Shown: positions 31,787-43,326 of the stretch, piece by piece
How the letters are laid out: the number at the start of each line of letters is the position of its first letter
Numbering within the stretch: the stretch's first letter is position 1
Position numbers and translations under genes: made by a program
Notes under the pieces: generated by a model
Databases searched by the model: none
The model's input: only the letters and a program-made list of their open reading frames with translations
Told to the model about the DNA's origin: nothing
DNA from: Acidobacteriota bacterium
GTDB lineage: Bacteria; Acidobacteriota; Vicinamibacteria; Vicinamibacterales; SCN-69-37
Direction of reading: 5' to 3'
Assembly: GCA_003242705.2 (NCBI GenBank)
Contig: QGVF02000005.1
Location: 101,725 to 165,724 of the forward strand
Length of the DNA stretch: 64,000 nucleotides

Positions 31787-33007
31787 ATGTCGATCCTGAT
31801 GACCATCCGTATCGCCCTCAAGGCGCTGGCCCGTAACAAGCTCCGGACGGGCCTGACCATGCTCGGCATGATCATCGGCGTGGCCGCGGTCATCGCCATG
31901 GTCGCGCTCGGCACCGGCGCCCGCGCGATGATCGAGGATCAGATCCGCGCCGCCGGGACCAACCTCATCACGATCTACGCCGGCAGCTTCAATGCGCCCG
32001 GCGGCGTGCGCGGCGGCATCGGGACCAGTGTCCGCCTGCGTCCCGAAGACGTCGACGCGATCCGCGACCTGCCGGCCGTCCAGTACATTGCCGAGAGCGT
32101 GGACACCCGCGCGCAGATGATCTACGGCAACCAGAACTGGAACACGCGCATCGAGGGCACCAACGTCGACCTGCCCGCGATCCGCTCGTGGCCGGTCAAG
32201 TACGGCAGCTTCTTCAGCGAAGAGGACGTGCGCGCCGCGACCAAGGTCGTCGTGCTCGGCTCGAACGTCGCCGACACGCTCTTCGGCGAGAACGTCGACC
32301 CGACCGACATGCAGGTCCGTCTGCGCAACCACGTCTTCCGCGTGGTCGGCGTGATGACGTCGAAGGGCTCGTCCGGCGGCGGGATGAACATGGACGATCA
32401 GGTCTTCATCCCGTACACCACGCTGATGAAGAAGCTCACCGGCCAGCAGTACCTGAGCCGGATCTACGTGTCGGCGATCTCGGCCGACCACATGCAGCCG
32501 GCCATTCAGCAGATCACCGAGGCACTCCGCGCCGCGCACAACCTCGCGCCCGGCGAAGAGGACGACTTCATCATCCAGACGCTCGACGACATTGTTGCCG
32601 TCCGCACCCAGGCGACGACGACGATGACCAACCTGCTCGCCGGCATCGCCGGCGTCTCGCTCGTCGTCGGCGGCATCGGGATCATGAACATCATGCTGGT
32701 GTCGGTCACGGAGCGCACGCGCGAGATCGGTCTCCGCCTCGCGATTGGCGCCCGCAGCTTCGACGTGCTGCTGCAGTTCCTCATCGAGGCCATCGTCATC
32801 AGCATCGTCGGCGGCGGCCTCGGTATCGGCATCGGCTTCCTGGTCTCGGAATTCCTCCGGATCTACCAGGGCATGGCCGCCACCATTCCGCTTAACGCGG
32901 TTCTGGTAGCCGTGATGTTCTCGGCCGCCGTCGGCATCTTCTTCGGGTTCTACCCCGCCAGGAAGGCTGCGAACCTCGATCCGATCGTCGCGCTGAAGTA
33001 CGAGTAG
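31787..33007 (+). CDS. MacB-type ABC transporter permease (MacB periplasmic domain plus FtsX domain)
   Basis: 406 aa starting ALKALARNKLRTGLTMLGMIIGVAAVI. It has a large periplasmic domain and a C-terminal FtsX block (GGIGIMNIMLVSVTERTREIGLR.A.GA). Confidence 0.9.
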   Translation: MSILMTIRIALKALARNKLRTGLTMLGMIIGVAAVIAMVALGTGARAMIEDQIRAAGTNLITIYAGSFNAPGGVRGGIGTSVRLRPEDVDAIRDLPAVQYIAESVDTRAQMIYGNQNWNTRIEGTNVDLPAIRSWPVKYGSFFSEEDVRAATKVVVLGSNVADTLFGENVDPTDMQVRLRNHVFRVVGVMTSKGSSGGGMNMDDQVFIPYTTLMKKLTGQQYLSRIYVSAISADHMQPAIQQITEALRAAHNLAPGEEDDFIIQTLDDIVAVRTQATTTMTNLLAGIAGVSLVVGGIGIMNIMLVSVTERTREIGLRLAIGARSFDVLLQFLIEAIVISIVGGGLGIGIGFLVSEFLRIYQGMAATIPLNAVLVAVMFSAAVGIFFGFYPARKAANLDPIVALKYE

Positions 33008-33037
33008 GCGGACGACGCCGGTTCGGCCAGACCAGAA

Positions 33038-33076
33038 GGGGGCGACGCCATCGGGCGCGCCCCCTTTCTCTCTTTC
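33038..33076 (+). terminator. Rho-independent terminator after the efflux operon
   Basis: GGGGGCG, a 13-nt loop and CGCCCCC are followed by TTTCTCTCTTTC. Confidence 0.7.
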
Positions 33077-33082
33077 AGGCCG

Positions 33083-33550
33083 CTATTTCAGTCGCTCCAG
33101 CAGCTCGACGATCGTCATCCGCGTCACCGGATCGCGCATGTCGGGCGCAATCGCCGCCAGCGGCTCCAGGACGAAGCGCCGTTCGCGGAAGCGCGGGTGT
33201 GGCACCTCGAGCCCGGGTTCATGGATGGCCAGATCGCCATAGAGGATCAGGTCCAGATCGAGCGTGCGTGCACTCCGGAAGCCGGTGCGCGCCCGGAACC
33301 GCTCGGCCTCGAGCGAGAGCAGCCAGTCGAGCAGCTGACGCGGGGCCTGGTCGCACAGGCCCCAGACGACGGCATTGAGATACGGCGGTTGTGGATCGGG
33401 AACGCCTTCCGGTGCCGTTTCGATGATCGGGGACAGGCGGGTGGCGGTCAGCCGTCTGGCAAGCGCATCGGCTGCCCAGGTGACGTGCGCATGGCGGTCG
33501 CCCAGGTTCGAGCCGATGGCAATCGCAACGGGAACCGGAGGGATCGACAC
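33083..33550 (-). CDS. folK: 2-amino-4-hydroxy-6-hydroxymethyldihydropteridine diphosphokinase
   Basis: Signatures include IAIGSNLGDR, YLNAVV, RTLDLDLILYG, L.VPHPR..ERRFVL.PL. Confidence 0.9.
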   Translation of the reverse strand: MSIPPVPVAIAIGSNLGDRHAHVTWAADALARRLTATRLSPIIETAPEGVPDPQPPYLNAVVWGLCDQAPRQLLDWLLSLEAERFRARTGFRSARTLDLDLILYGDLAIHEPGLEVPHPRFRERRFVLEPLAAIAPDMRDPVTRMTIVELLERLK

Positions 33551-33558
33551 CGGAGCGC

Positions 33559-33921
33559 TCAGGCGCTCTGCTTTTCCTTGCAGGTGATGCAGACGCGCGT
33601 CCAGGGGATGGCGTTCAGGCGCGGCAGGGCGACTGGCTCGCCGCAGTCGCGGCAGATGCCGTAGGTGCCCTTCTCCATCCGCACGAGCGCTTCCTCGATG
33701 GCCTGCAGGATCTTCGCGTCCGTCTGCTTCAGCTTCAACGCGATGTGGACCTCGTTGTTGCCGCTGGCCTGGTCGGCCAGGTCGCCCTGCCGGCTGTTGA
33801 CGTCGGCTGCCTCGGGCAAGGGGCGCGCACCGGTCGACACCGCGAGAAGCTCGGCCCGCTTCCTCAGCAGCTCGTCCTTCAGTTTCGTCAACACGGCATC
33901 GTCGAGCACTCTGTTCGTCAT
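33559..33921 (-). CDS. DksA/TraR family C4-type zinc-finger protein
   Basis: 120 aa with a coiled-coil N-terminus and YGICRDCGEPV...R....P....CITCKE. Confidence 0.85.
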   Translation of the reverse strand: MTNRVLDDAVLTKLKDELLRKRAELLAVSTGARPLPEAADVNSRQGDLADQASGNNEVHIALKLKQTDAKILQAIEEALVRMEKGTYGICRDCGEPVALPRLNAIPWTRVCITCKEKQSA

Positions 33922-34023
33922 GCCCCGGTAGGCCCCTTTCGAATGGATTTCAGCAGACGATCATACCAGAACCGCGCACCTGCTGCCGCAGTCCGGTCGG
34001 CCGGGTGTCCGGCGGGACAGGCC

Positions 34024-36585
34024 CTACTCACTGCGCAGCGTTGCGAGGGGCTTGCGCCGCAGCACATCGAGGTTTGCCGCCACGCCGACGCCGCTGACGA
34101 TGGCGGCGCTCACCAGAACGCCGGCAGCGAACAGGCCCGGGGCGGGCTGCCAGTCGATGTTGAAGACGTGCTCCGACAGTCCCCACGCCAGGGCCGTCCC
34201 GCCAGCCGCTCCCAGCACGCCGGCCAGCGCCCCCAGCAGCCCGTACTCGACCGCCAGCATGGCCGCCACGAGCCGTGTGCTCGCCCCAAGCGTGCGATAG
34301 ATGGCGGTCTCGTAGATTTTCTGGAACTTCGTCATGGCCACCGCGCCGACGAGGTTCAGGATGCCGCCGACGAGTGTCACGATCCCCACCACTGTGATTC
34401 CCAGTGTGACGTTGTCGACGATGGTCCGGATCGTGGCGATGATGTCGCGGACGTCGATCACCGACACGTTCGGAAAGGCGCGCACCAGCTCCCGCTGGAG
34501 GTCTCCCCCGGCGGCGTCCAGTCCCTCACGCAGCTGCGCGAAGCCGACGTAGGAGTGCGGCGCGCGTTCGACGGCCGGCGTCGGACGCAGCACGAAGATG
34601 AAGCCCCCGCTCTGCGAGTCCTCCCAGGCGACGCGCCGGATGCTCGTCACGCGCGCCGTGAACCGGACGCCGGCGGCGTCGAACGTCACGAGGTCGCCAA
34701 TCTCGAGGCCGTCTTCCGCTGCGTCGACTTCAATCGACACCTCGCTATCGGCGCCGCCGACCAGCGCCTCTCGCTCCGTCCCGTCGTCCCAGAACGTGCC
34801 GGCCACAAGTTCCTCGTTCGCCTCGAGGTGGTCGCGGAACGTCAGGCCGTACTCCCGCGAGAGGCGCCCGTACTCGCGCACGGCCTGCACCGAATCGAGC
34901 TGCAGCCGCTGCCCCTGCACGCCGACGACACGGGCACGCATGTTCGGCATGATGCGCGCCGGCTCCTTCAGGTAGGGCGCCAGCACGGTGCGCACGCCGT
35001 CGATCTGATCGCGCTGGATGTCGATGAGCACGAAGTCGGGAGACCGATCGCTGATGCCGCCCGTCAGGTCGCTGAGCAGCGATATCTGGGTGGCCCGTAC
35101 GCCCAGGATGAAGAAGCAGCCCAGGCCGACCGCCATGAGGACGACGCGTGTCTGGTTGCCCGGACGGCCGATGTTGATGGCCGCATGGCGCAGTGCGAAG
35201 CGGGGCGATGCCACCAGCGCCCGCGTCGCGCGGATGAGCAGCACGCTCGCGCCGTACAGCAGGCCGGCCACGACGGCAAAGCCGGCCGACACGTAGAGGC
35301 CGGTTTCGAGCGATCCCGCCTGCCACACGGCGGCGACCACCAGAGCAGCGGCCGTGCCGACCGCCGCCAGCCAGCTCGCGCGATCGCGCCGCCTGGCCGT
35401 GTCGGCCGAGTGCTCCCGCAGCAGGAGCAGCGGCTTGATGCCGCGCACCTCGAGCAGCGGGACGAGCGCGAACAGCAGTGAGACGAGCATGCCCACCGCC
35501 ATGCCCTGTGCGGCGGCCGACTTCTTGAACGTCACCGCTGTCACGCCGAGTGGCTCGAGCAGCGTCATCGGCAGCATCTGCAGCACGACGGCCGCCAGAC
35601 CGACGCCGGCCAGGCTCCCGATTGCCGCCAGCCCCAGGATCTGGAGCAGCGAGACGGCAAGCACCTGCGCCCCCGACGCGCCAAGGCACTTCAGAATCGC
35701 GACGCTGCGCATCTTCTGCTGCACGAGCACGCGCGTCACGCTCCAGACACCGATGCCGCCCAGCACGACGATGGCGAAGCCGACGAGGCTCAGGTAGTTC
35801 TCGGCGGTCCGGAGGTTCCGGCCGATCCGATCCTCGAGCATCTCCCACGATCGGATCGACGCAATGTCGTCGCTGAGGACGGCGCGGAGCGCCTCGACGA
35901 GCGGCGCCGGTCGACCTTCTTCCCCGACCTTCAGCAGCACCTGATGGCTCGCCCGACTCCCGAAGCCGAGCAGCGTCGTCTCGCGGAGTGTCGCCAGGTC
36001 GACGTAGACCCTTGGTCCGAACGCGATACCGCCTCGCTGGACCCGGTCGCGGGCAATGACCCCCGTCACGACGAAGTCGCGGTCGGCAAGCCGGAACGTG
36101 TCACCGACACCGATGTCCAGAATTGCCAGCAGCTCCGGCTGGACCACCGCCCCGCCGTTCTCGAGCAGCGCATGGGAATAGACGAGGCCGTCGGCCAGCT
36201 CCAGCGCGCCGTAGAACGGATAGCCCGGCTCGACGGCCCGCAGCTCCACGAGCTTGGCGACCCCATCCTCCCCGGCACTCGACGCCATGGTCTGCGTGTC
36301 GACCAGGTGCTGCGACGCCACGACACCCGTCGCCTCGGCCACGCGGGCGATGCGGGCCAGCTGTTCGTCGGTGAACGGACGCGTCGACTGGACCACGACG
36401 TCGGCAGCCACCAGCTCTCGGGCTTCGCTGGTCAGCGTGTACTGGATCTCGCGGACGACGCTGCGCAGCACGACGATGGCGGCCACGCCCAGGCCGACGC
36501 AGAGGAAGAAGAACGTCAGCCGCAGGCAGCTGGCGCGCGTGTCGCGCCAGGCCATCCTCAGGACGAACAGGAGCGCGTCGAGCAC
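34024..36585 (-). CDS. YbbP-type ABC transporter permease (duplicated FtsX domains)
   Basis: 853 aa. The N-terminus reads LRMAWRDTRASCLRLTFFFLCV. Two FtsX-like blocks are separated by large extracytoplasmic domains. Confidence 0.85.
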   Translation of the reverse strand: MLDALLFVLRMAWRDTRASCLRLTFFFLCVGLGVAAIVVLRSVVREIQYTLTSEARELVAADVVVQSTRPFTDEQLARIARVAEATGVVASQHLVDTQTMASSAGEDGVAKLVELRAVEPGYPFYGALELADGLVYSHALLENGGAVVQPELLAILDIGVGDTFRLADRDFVVTGVIARDRVQRGGIAFGPRVYVDLATLRETTLLGFGSRASHQVLLKVGEEGRPAPLVEALRAVLSDDIASIRSWEMLEDRIGRNLRTAENYLSLVGFAIVVLGGIGVWSVTRVLVQQKMRSVAILKCLGASGAQVLAVSLLQILGLAAIGSLAGVGLAAVVLQMLPMTLLEPLGVTAVTFKKSAAAQGMAVGMLVSLLFALVPLLEVRGIKPLLLLREHSADTARRRDRASWLAAVGTAAALVVAAVWQAGSLETGLYVSAGFAVVAGLLYGASVLLIRATRALVASPRFALRHAAINIGRPGNQTRVVLMAVGLGCFFILGVRATQISLLSDLTGGISDRSPDFVLIDIQRDQIDGVRTVLAPYLKEPARIMPNMRARVVGVQGQRLQLDSVQAVREYGRLSREYGLTFRDHLEANEELVAGTFWDDGTEREALVGGADSEVSIEVDAAEDGLEIGDLVTFDAAGVRFTARVTSIRRVAWEDSQSGGFIFVLRPTPAVERAPHSYVGFAQLREGLDAAGGDLQRELVRAFPNVSVIDVRDIIATIRTIVDNVTLGITVVGIVTLVGGILNLVGAVAMTKFQKIYETAIYRTLGASTRLVAAMLAVEYGLLGALAGVLGAAGGTALAWGLSEHVFNIDWQPAPGLFAAGVLVSAAIVSGVGVAANLDVLRRKPLATLRSE

Positions 36586-36587
36586 CT

Positions 36588-37265
36588 TCAGGCGGCCTTC
36601 TCCCGGCGTTCGACGATGCGGCCGTCACGCATCACGAAGATCTCGTCGGCCATTGCGGCCAGCTCGGGGTCGTGCGTGACGAGCACCAGCGTGCGCCCCC
36701 GCGCTTTACGGAGCGTCACCAGCAGGTCGATGATGTGCCGCCCGGTCGCCGTATCCAGATTGCCGGTCGGCTCATCGGCGAGCAGGATGGGCGGGTCGTT
36801 GGCAATCGCCCGCGCGATCGCCACGCGCTGCTGTTCACCACCCGACAGCTGCGACGGATAGTGGTGTCCCCGCTCGGCCAGGCCGACTTCGGCGAGCAGC
36901 TGCCGGGCCCGTGCGCCCGCATCCCGCACACCGGCAATCTCCATCGGCACGAGAACGTTCTCGTATGCGGTCAGCGAGGGCAGCAGGTGGAAGAACTGGA
37001 AGACGATGCCGACGCGCTCGCCGCGCAGGCGGGCCAGCGCCTCTTCGCCAAGCGTCGTGATGTCGACGCCGTCGAGCAGGATCGATCCCGTCGTCGGCGC
37101 GTCGAGCCCCGACATCAGCCCGAGCATCGTCGACTTGCCGCTGCCCGATGGACCAGTGATGGCCACCACGCGGCCCTCGGGAATGGAGAACGACGTCGGG
37201 TGGAGGATCGTCAGCGGGCCCGCGCCGCTGGTGACGGTTCGGGACACGTTGCGGAACTCAATCAT
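36588..37265 (-). CDS. YbbA-type ABC transporter ATP-binding protein
   Basis: It has [35 protein letters not shown] and VTHD. Confidence 0.9.
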   Translation of the reverse strand: MIEFRNVSRTVTSGAGPLTILHPTSFSIPEGRVVAITGPSGSGKSTMLGLMSGLDAPTTGSILLDGVDITTLGEEALARLRGERVGIVFQFFHLLPSLTAYENVLVPMEIAGVRDAGARARQLLAEVGLAERGHHYPSQLSGGEQQRVAIARAIANDPPILLADEPTGNLDTATGRHIIDLLVTLRKARGRTLVLVTHDPELAAMADEIFVMRDGRIVERREKAA

Positions 37266-37984
37266 TGTCCCGGAGGCGGCGGAAGATCGTCGACCATGTC
37301 GCGCAGCGTTGGATACAGGAGTTCAGCGATGCGCAGGGCGCCCTCCGCGTTCGGGTGGATGCCGTCGGGCTGATTCAGATCGGGCCGGCCCGCGACACCT
37401 TCGAGCAGGAAGGGCACGAAGCGGATACGATCGCCGTACTCGAACGCGAGATCACTGAACACGCGGCGGAACGAGTCACGGTAGTCGAGCCCCAGGTTCG
37501 TCGGCGCTTCCATTCCCACGAGGAGCACGTCGATGCCCGCGCCGAGATAGGTATCGATGATGCCCGTGAGGTTCTGCCGGGTCTGGGCGACCGACAGACC
37601 GCGCAGCGCATCGTTGCCGCCGAGCGCGACAATCGCGATGCGCACGCCCGGTTCGATCGTCGCCTCGGCGCGCCGCAGCCCGCCGGCGGTCGTGTCGCCG
37701 CTCACGCCCGCGTTGATCAGTTCGACCTCGTAGTAGCCCTCGTCGTGGAACATCTGCTCCAGCCGGGCCGGATACGCTTCCTCGCTCAGCAGCCCCAGAC
37801 CTGCCGTCAGGCTGTCGCCGAGCGCGACTATCAGGATCCGGTGGCTGGCGGGCACCTGTCCGGGCTCGGGGGCGATTTCCTCAGTGACGGTGACGGGCGC
37901 CGGTGCCGGCCGGCCGCACGCGGTCGCGGCCGCCGCCAGACCGGCCACCAGCAGGATCGCGGACGCAAGTCGGACTGCTCGCAT
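37262..37984 (-). CDS. SGNH/GDSL arylesterase (TesA-like)
   Basis: It has a signal peptide and blocks VALGDSLTAG, GVSGDTT, ALGGNDALRG and DGIHPNAEG. It overlaps the ATPase start by 4 nt. Confidence 0.85.
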   Translation of the reverse strand: MRAVRLASAILLVAGLAAAATACGRPAPAPVTVTEEIAPEPGQVPASHRILIVALGDSLTAGLGLLSEEAYPARLEQMFHDEGYYEVELINAGVSGDTTAGGLRRAEATIEPGVRIAIVALGGNDALRGLSVAQTRQNLTGIIDTYLGAGIDVLLVGMEAPTNLGLDYRDSFRRVFSDLAFEYGDRIRFVPFLLEGVAGRPDLNQPDGIHPNAEGALRIAELLYPTLRDMVDDLPPPPGQ

Positions 37985-38029
37985 GCTCGTATTCTACGGT
38001 GGCCGGCGAAACGCGCCCGGCGACCGACC

Positions 38030-38542
38030 TCAGCGTCCGGCCTGCAGCAGTTTGACCGTCGTGATGAACTGGCCCGCGTGACGCGTGCTGTGCTCGGCAC
38101 CGTGAAACAGCAGGCCGAGCACGGTCGACGGCAGACCCGCCCGTCCGACGCGCCGCTCGTCGAATACCCGCTCGGCGGGCGTTGCGCGCAGCTGCTCCAG
38201 CGCGCGCCCGATGGCCTCGTCGACGATGCGGACGAGCGCGGCGCCGTCGAGATCGGGTCGCGGCGTCGCTTCCGCCTTGAGCTGCGCGCGCTGCGCGTCA
38301 CTGAGCGTCCCGCCGCGTGCGTAGGTATAGAGGCGATCGAGCGCACCGGCCAGATGCAGCGCGTGGAAGCCCGCCGTGGCCGCTCCGGTCTCGCGCCAGA
38401 GCAGGTCTGCAGGCAGATCGCGCGCATATGCCGCTATTTCCTCCTGCGCCTGCAGGAGCGCGTGAGCGGCGGGCTGAAGAATCGGAGCGATCCCTTCGAC
38501 GGGACCGCGAAGCCAGGGTTCGGGCTGGGCAGGTGCAGACAT
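38030..38542 (-). CDS. DinB family (DinB_2-type) metal-binding protein
   Basis: It shows a four-helix-bundle pattern with conserved His positions (FHALHLAGALDR, LLFHGAEHSTRHAGQ). Confidence 0.75.
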   Translation of the reverse strand: MSAPAQPEPWLRGPVEGIAPILQPAAHALLQAQEEIAAYARDLPADLLWRETGAATAGFHALHLAGALDRLYTYARGGTLSDAQRAQLKAEATPRPDLDGAALVRIVDEAIGRALEQLRATPAERVFDERRVGRAGLPSTVLGLLFHGAEHSTRHAGQFITTVKLLQAGR

Positions 38543-38599
38543 GGCTCGAAACGATTATAGTGTCCGCACTCCGACACGACCGAGAGAGAACCCGCGCCG

Positions 38600-39808
38600 A
38601 TGCGTAGCTCCCCACTACTCCTCGCCGCGGCGCTGGTCCTGTCCGGTGAACCGTCCGCAAGTGCGCCGTTCACCGTGGTCACGATCAGCGACGCGCCAGC
38701 CGGCTCGGTAGCCGTTGTCGACATCGACCGTGACGGTCGACTCGACATCGTCTCGGGCAACGTGTGGTACCACGCGCCGCACTGGACCCCCTACCGGTTC
38801 CGCGGCCTTCCTGTCGAAGATGGCCGCGTCGACAGCCACAGCCTGCTGCCGCTCGACGTGGACGAGGATGGCTGGGTGGATCTCATCGACCTGGCGCGCA
38901 GCGGCCGACGCATCACCTGGTGGCGCAATCCCGGGCGCGCCTGGGGGCCGTCGCAGTGGGTCGATCGGACGATTCATGCCTGTTGTCCCGTCGAACTGGC
39001 CGTGCTGGCCGACATCGACGGCGACGGGCACGCCCGCGAGCTCGTCGTCCACGAACCTTCACAGGGGCTGGCCTGGTACAAGGTCCGGAAGGGATTCTGG
39101 ACGCGCCATTCGATCAGTACCCGCGACGTGGGCAGCGGCCTCGGCGTCGGCGACCTGAACGGCGATGGGCGCATCGACGTCCTGACGGCGGTCGGCTGGT
39201 TCGAGGCGCCCGTCGATCCCCGGTCGTCGGAGTGGCCCCTGCACGAAGCCTGGGGAGCGGCCGTGGGCCCCGTCGACATGGTGCGACACACGGCCGGCGA
39301 CGACCTCCGGCTCGGCCTCCTTCATCTGACGGATATCGACGGCAACGGTCTGCCCGACGTGCTCGCCGGCGGCACCGGCCGTGGCGCCGTCTGGTTCGAG
39401 CAGCGTCACGACGGCTGGATTCGCCATCGCCTCGCCGGCGGCGACCCGCCGGCTCGGGGCTCACTGGTCGCCGATCTCGACGGCGACGGGCACCCCGAGC
39501 TCGTCGCCGTCAGCACGGCCGCTGACGGCCGTTCCAGGCTCCAGGGCCAACCCGCGGCCCGGGTCGTGTCGTACCGCCGGAACGCGGGAGCCGAGGCCGA
39601 CGGCGCCGGTGAACGGCCCGCCTGGGACTCCCGGGTTCTTGCCGCGATCGACCACCTCTCGCCGGCTCCTGAGATCATCGCCGTCGATCTGGATGACGAC
39701 GGTGACGTAGATCTGGTGGGCGCGGGGCCTTCCGGCGTCTTCTGGCTCCGGAACGACAGCGCTGGGAACCCGGACACGGGTGGCCCTATGATGGCGCCCT
39801 ATCATTGA
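38600..39808 (+). CDS. FG-GAP/VCBS repeat protein (predicted seven-bladed beta-propeller), secreted
   Basis: It has a signal peptide and seven calcium-loop-like repeats: DIDRDGRLDIV, DVDEDGWVDLI, DIDGDGHAREL, DLNGDGRIDVL, DIDGNGLPDVL, DLDGDGHPELV, DLDDDGDVDLV. Confidence 0.8.
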   Translation: MRSSPLLLAAALVLSGEPSASAPFTVVTISDAPAGSVAVVDIDRDGRLDIVSGNVWYHAPHWTPYRFRGLPVEDGRVDSHSLLPLDVDEDGWVDLIDLARSGRRITWWRNPGRAWGPSQWVDRTIHACCPVELAVLADIDGDGHARELVVHEPSQGLAWYKVRKGFWTRHSISTRDVGSGLGVGDLNGDGRIDVLTAVGWFEAPVDPRSSEWPLHEAWGAAVGPVDMVRHTAGDDLRLGLLHLTDIDGNGLPDVLAGGTGRGAVWFEQRHDGWIRHRLAGGDPPARGSLVADLDGDGHPELVAVSTAADGRSRLQGQPAARVVSYRRNAGAEADGAGERPAWDSRVLAAIDHLSPAPEIIAVDLDDDGDVDLVGAGPSGVFWLRNDSAGNPDTGGPMMAPYH

Positions 39809-39814
39809 CCAGGC

Positions 39815-39903
39815 GCCGGGGTGGCGGAACTGGCAGACGCACGGGACTTAAAATCCCGAGTCCCCTCAGGGACGTGAGAGTTCGATCCTCTCCCCCGGCA
39901 CCA
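39815..39903 (+). tRNA. tRNA-Leu (anticodon UAA), CCA encoded
   Basis: I folded it by hand. The acceptor stem is GCCGGGG/CCCCGGC and the anticodon stem is CGGGA/TCCCG with loop CTTAAAA. It has a long variable arm, a T-arm GAGAG-TTCGATC-CTCTC, discriminator A and a terminal CCA. Confidence 0.9.
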
Positions 39904-39944
39904 TCGACCGCGCTGGCGGCCGGCACATCGAGCCGGCATCGGAG

Positions 39945-40580
39945 CTAGCGGAAGTAGACTGCCAGCCCGACGCCGATGTAGTGGCGAGCCTCGTCCGACA
40001 GGCCGACGCCGACTTCACCGACCAGGTCGAGGTCGCGCGCCAGGCGATATTCGATGCCCGGCACGAAATGCACCGGCGTATACGAGTGGTCGATGCCGGC
40101 GTTGCGCAGCGCCTCGAACGCGATGTCGAGGCCGCCGTACAGCTCGGTTCGATCCGACACGCGCTTGCTGGCGAGAAACGTCAGGTCGAAACCACGGGTG
40201 TCCGGCGTCCGATCGCCGTTGCCGAGGTGAAAGCCGAGGATCACCGACAGATCGAACGGATTGGCGGCGACCCGGTCCTGCATGAGCCAGAACTCGGCGT
40301 CGGCGCCGAAGAACGTGAAGTCGTCGTAGAGCGCGATGCCGCCTTCGATGTCGAACCGATCCGCCACGCCGTAACCGACGCGGATCGCTGCTCCGGCTTC
40401 GTCGCCCTGGCCGTTCTTCCCGAAGATGAACATCGGGTTGGCCCGCAGCTTGAAGGTACCGCGATCGATCGTTTCGGCCGACTCGAGCAGCCCGAAGTCC
40501 TGCGCCTGCACGGCGGCCGGTGCGACCGCGAACGCCAGCGCAGCAGCCAGCGGCAGTATCACTTTCCTGAAGTTCGTCAT
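39945..40580 (-). CDS. Hypothetical small outer-membrane beta-barrel protein
   Basis: The ATG at 40580 gives the signal MTNFRKVILPLAAALAFAVAPAAVQAQ. Alternating hydrophobic beta-strand patterns follow and the sequence ends GVGLAVYFR. I recognise no specific family. Confidence 0.5.
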   Translation of the reverse strand: MTNFRKVILPLAAALAFAVAPAAVQAQDFGLLESAETIDRGTFKLRANPMFIFGKNGQGDEAGAAIRVGYGVADRFDIEGGIALYDDFTFFGADAEFWLMQDRVAANPFDLSVILGFHLGNGDRTPDTRGFDLTFLASKRVSDRTELYGGLDIAFEALRNAGIDHSYTPVHFVPGIEYRLARDLDLVGEVGVGLSDEARHYIGVGLAVYFR

Positions 40581-40718
40581 TTCGTGTGCCTCCCGACGGA
40601 CAAACCGTCTTCCAGTGCCGGGGTGCACCCTGGGAGATGCCAGACCCGTACCGTCGCGGCACGTCTCTCCAGGGCAGCGGAGAGACCGCGCGTGTCGGGA
40701 GCAGTCGCCTGAATCGGC

Positions 40719-41081
40719 TCAGTGAATGGTTTCCGGCGAGCGTGACTGACGCTCGGCGCGGATCACGCGGCTGATGCCGGCGTCGAGCATCGACTGGCTC
40801 ACCTTGAACGGTCCGGCCACCGCCGCGCCCATCGGGATCTCGATGGCAATGACCACGCCGTCGTCGAGCGGCTCGACGATCCAGCTGAAGCCCTGGAGGA
40901 ACACCGGACGATCCGGTGGCGCCGTGGGGTCCTCGGCCCGGCCGATGGCCCGCAGGATCTCGACGAGCACGGCGTGCACCGTCGCGTCGTCCCACTCGGG
41001 GCCCTCGGACCCGGGCACCTGAAGGGATTCGGTTACCGCGAAATCACGACCCTTGAGAACGATTTCGACTGGAAAAGTCAT
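40719..41081 (-). CDS. Hypothetical protein (120 aa)
   Basis: The ORF has protein-like composition (MTFPVEIVLKGRDFAVTESLQVPGSEGPEWDDATVHAVLVEILRAIG...). It lies 40 nt downstream of the thioredoxin-domain gene. It has no signal peptide and no motif I recognise. Confidence 0.4.
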   Translation of the reverse strand: MTFPVEIVLKGRDFAVTESLQVPGSEGPEWDDATVHAVLVEILRAIGRAEDPTAPPDRPVFLQGFSWIVEPLDDGVVIAIEIPMGAAVAGPFKVSQSMLDAGISRVIRAERQSRSPETIH

Positions 41082-41121
41082 CGCAGCTCAGCCTATCGCA
41101 CCCTGACGGCGATCGCGAACG

Positions 41122-43272
<2,151 letters not shown>

Positions 43273-43326
43273 GCCCCATCGTATGCCCTGCGGCCGGGCA
43301 CGGGCCAGGTTCTATAATCGCCGGCG

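Noticed and set aside
39904-41121. A possible genomic island integrated at tRNA-Leu
   Set aside because: There is no integrase, transposase or phage gene, no visible direct repeat of the tRNA 3' end, and no obvious GC or codon shift. It is kept only as a low-interest note in the findings.
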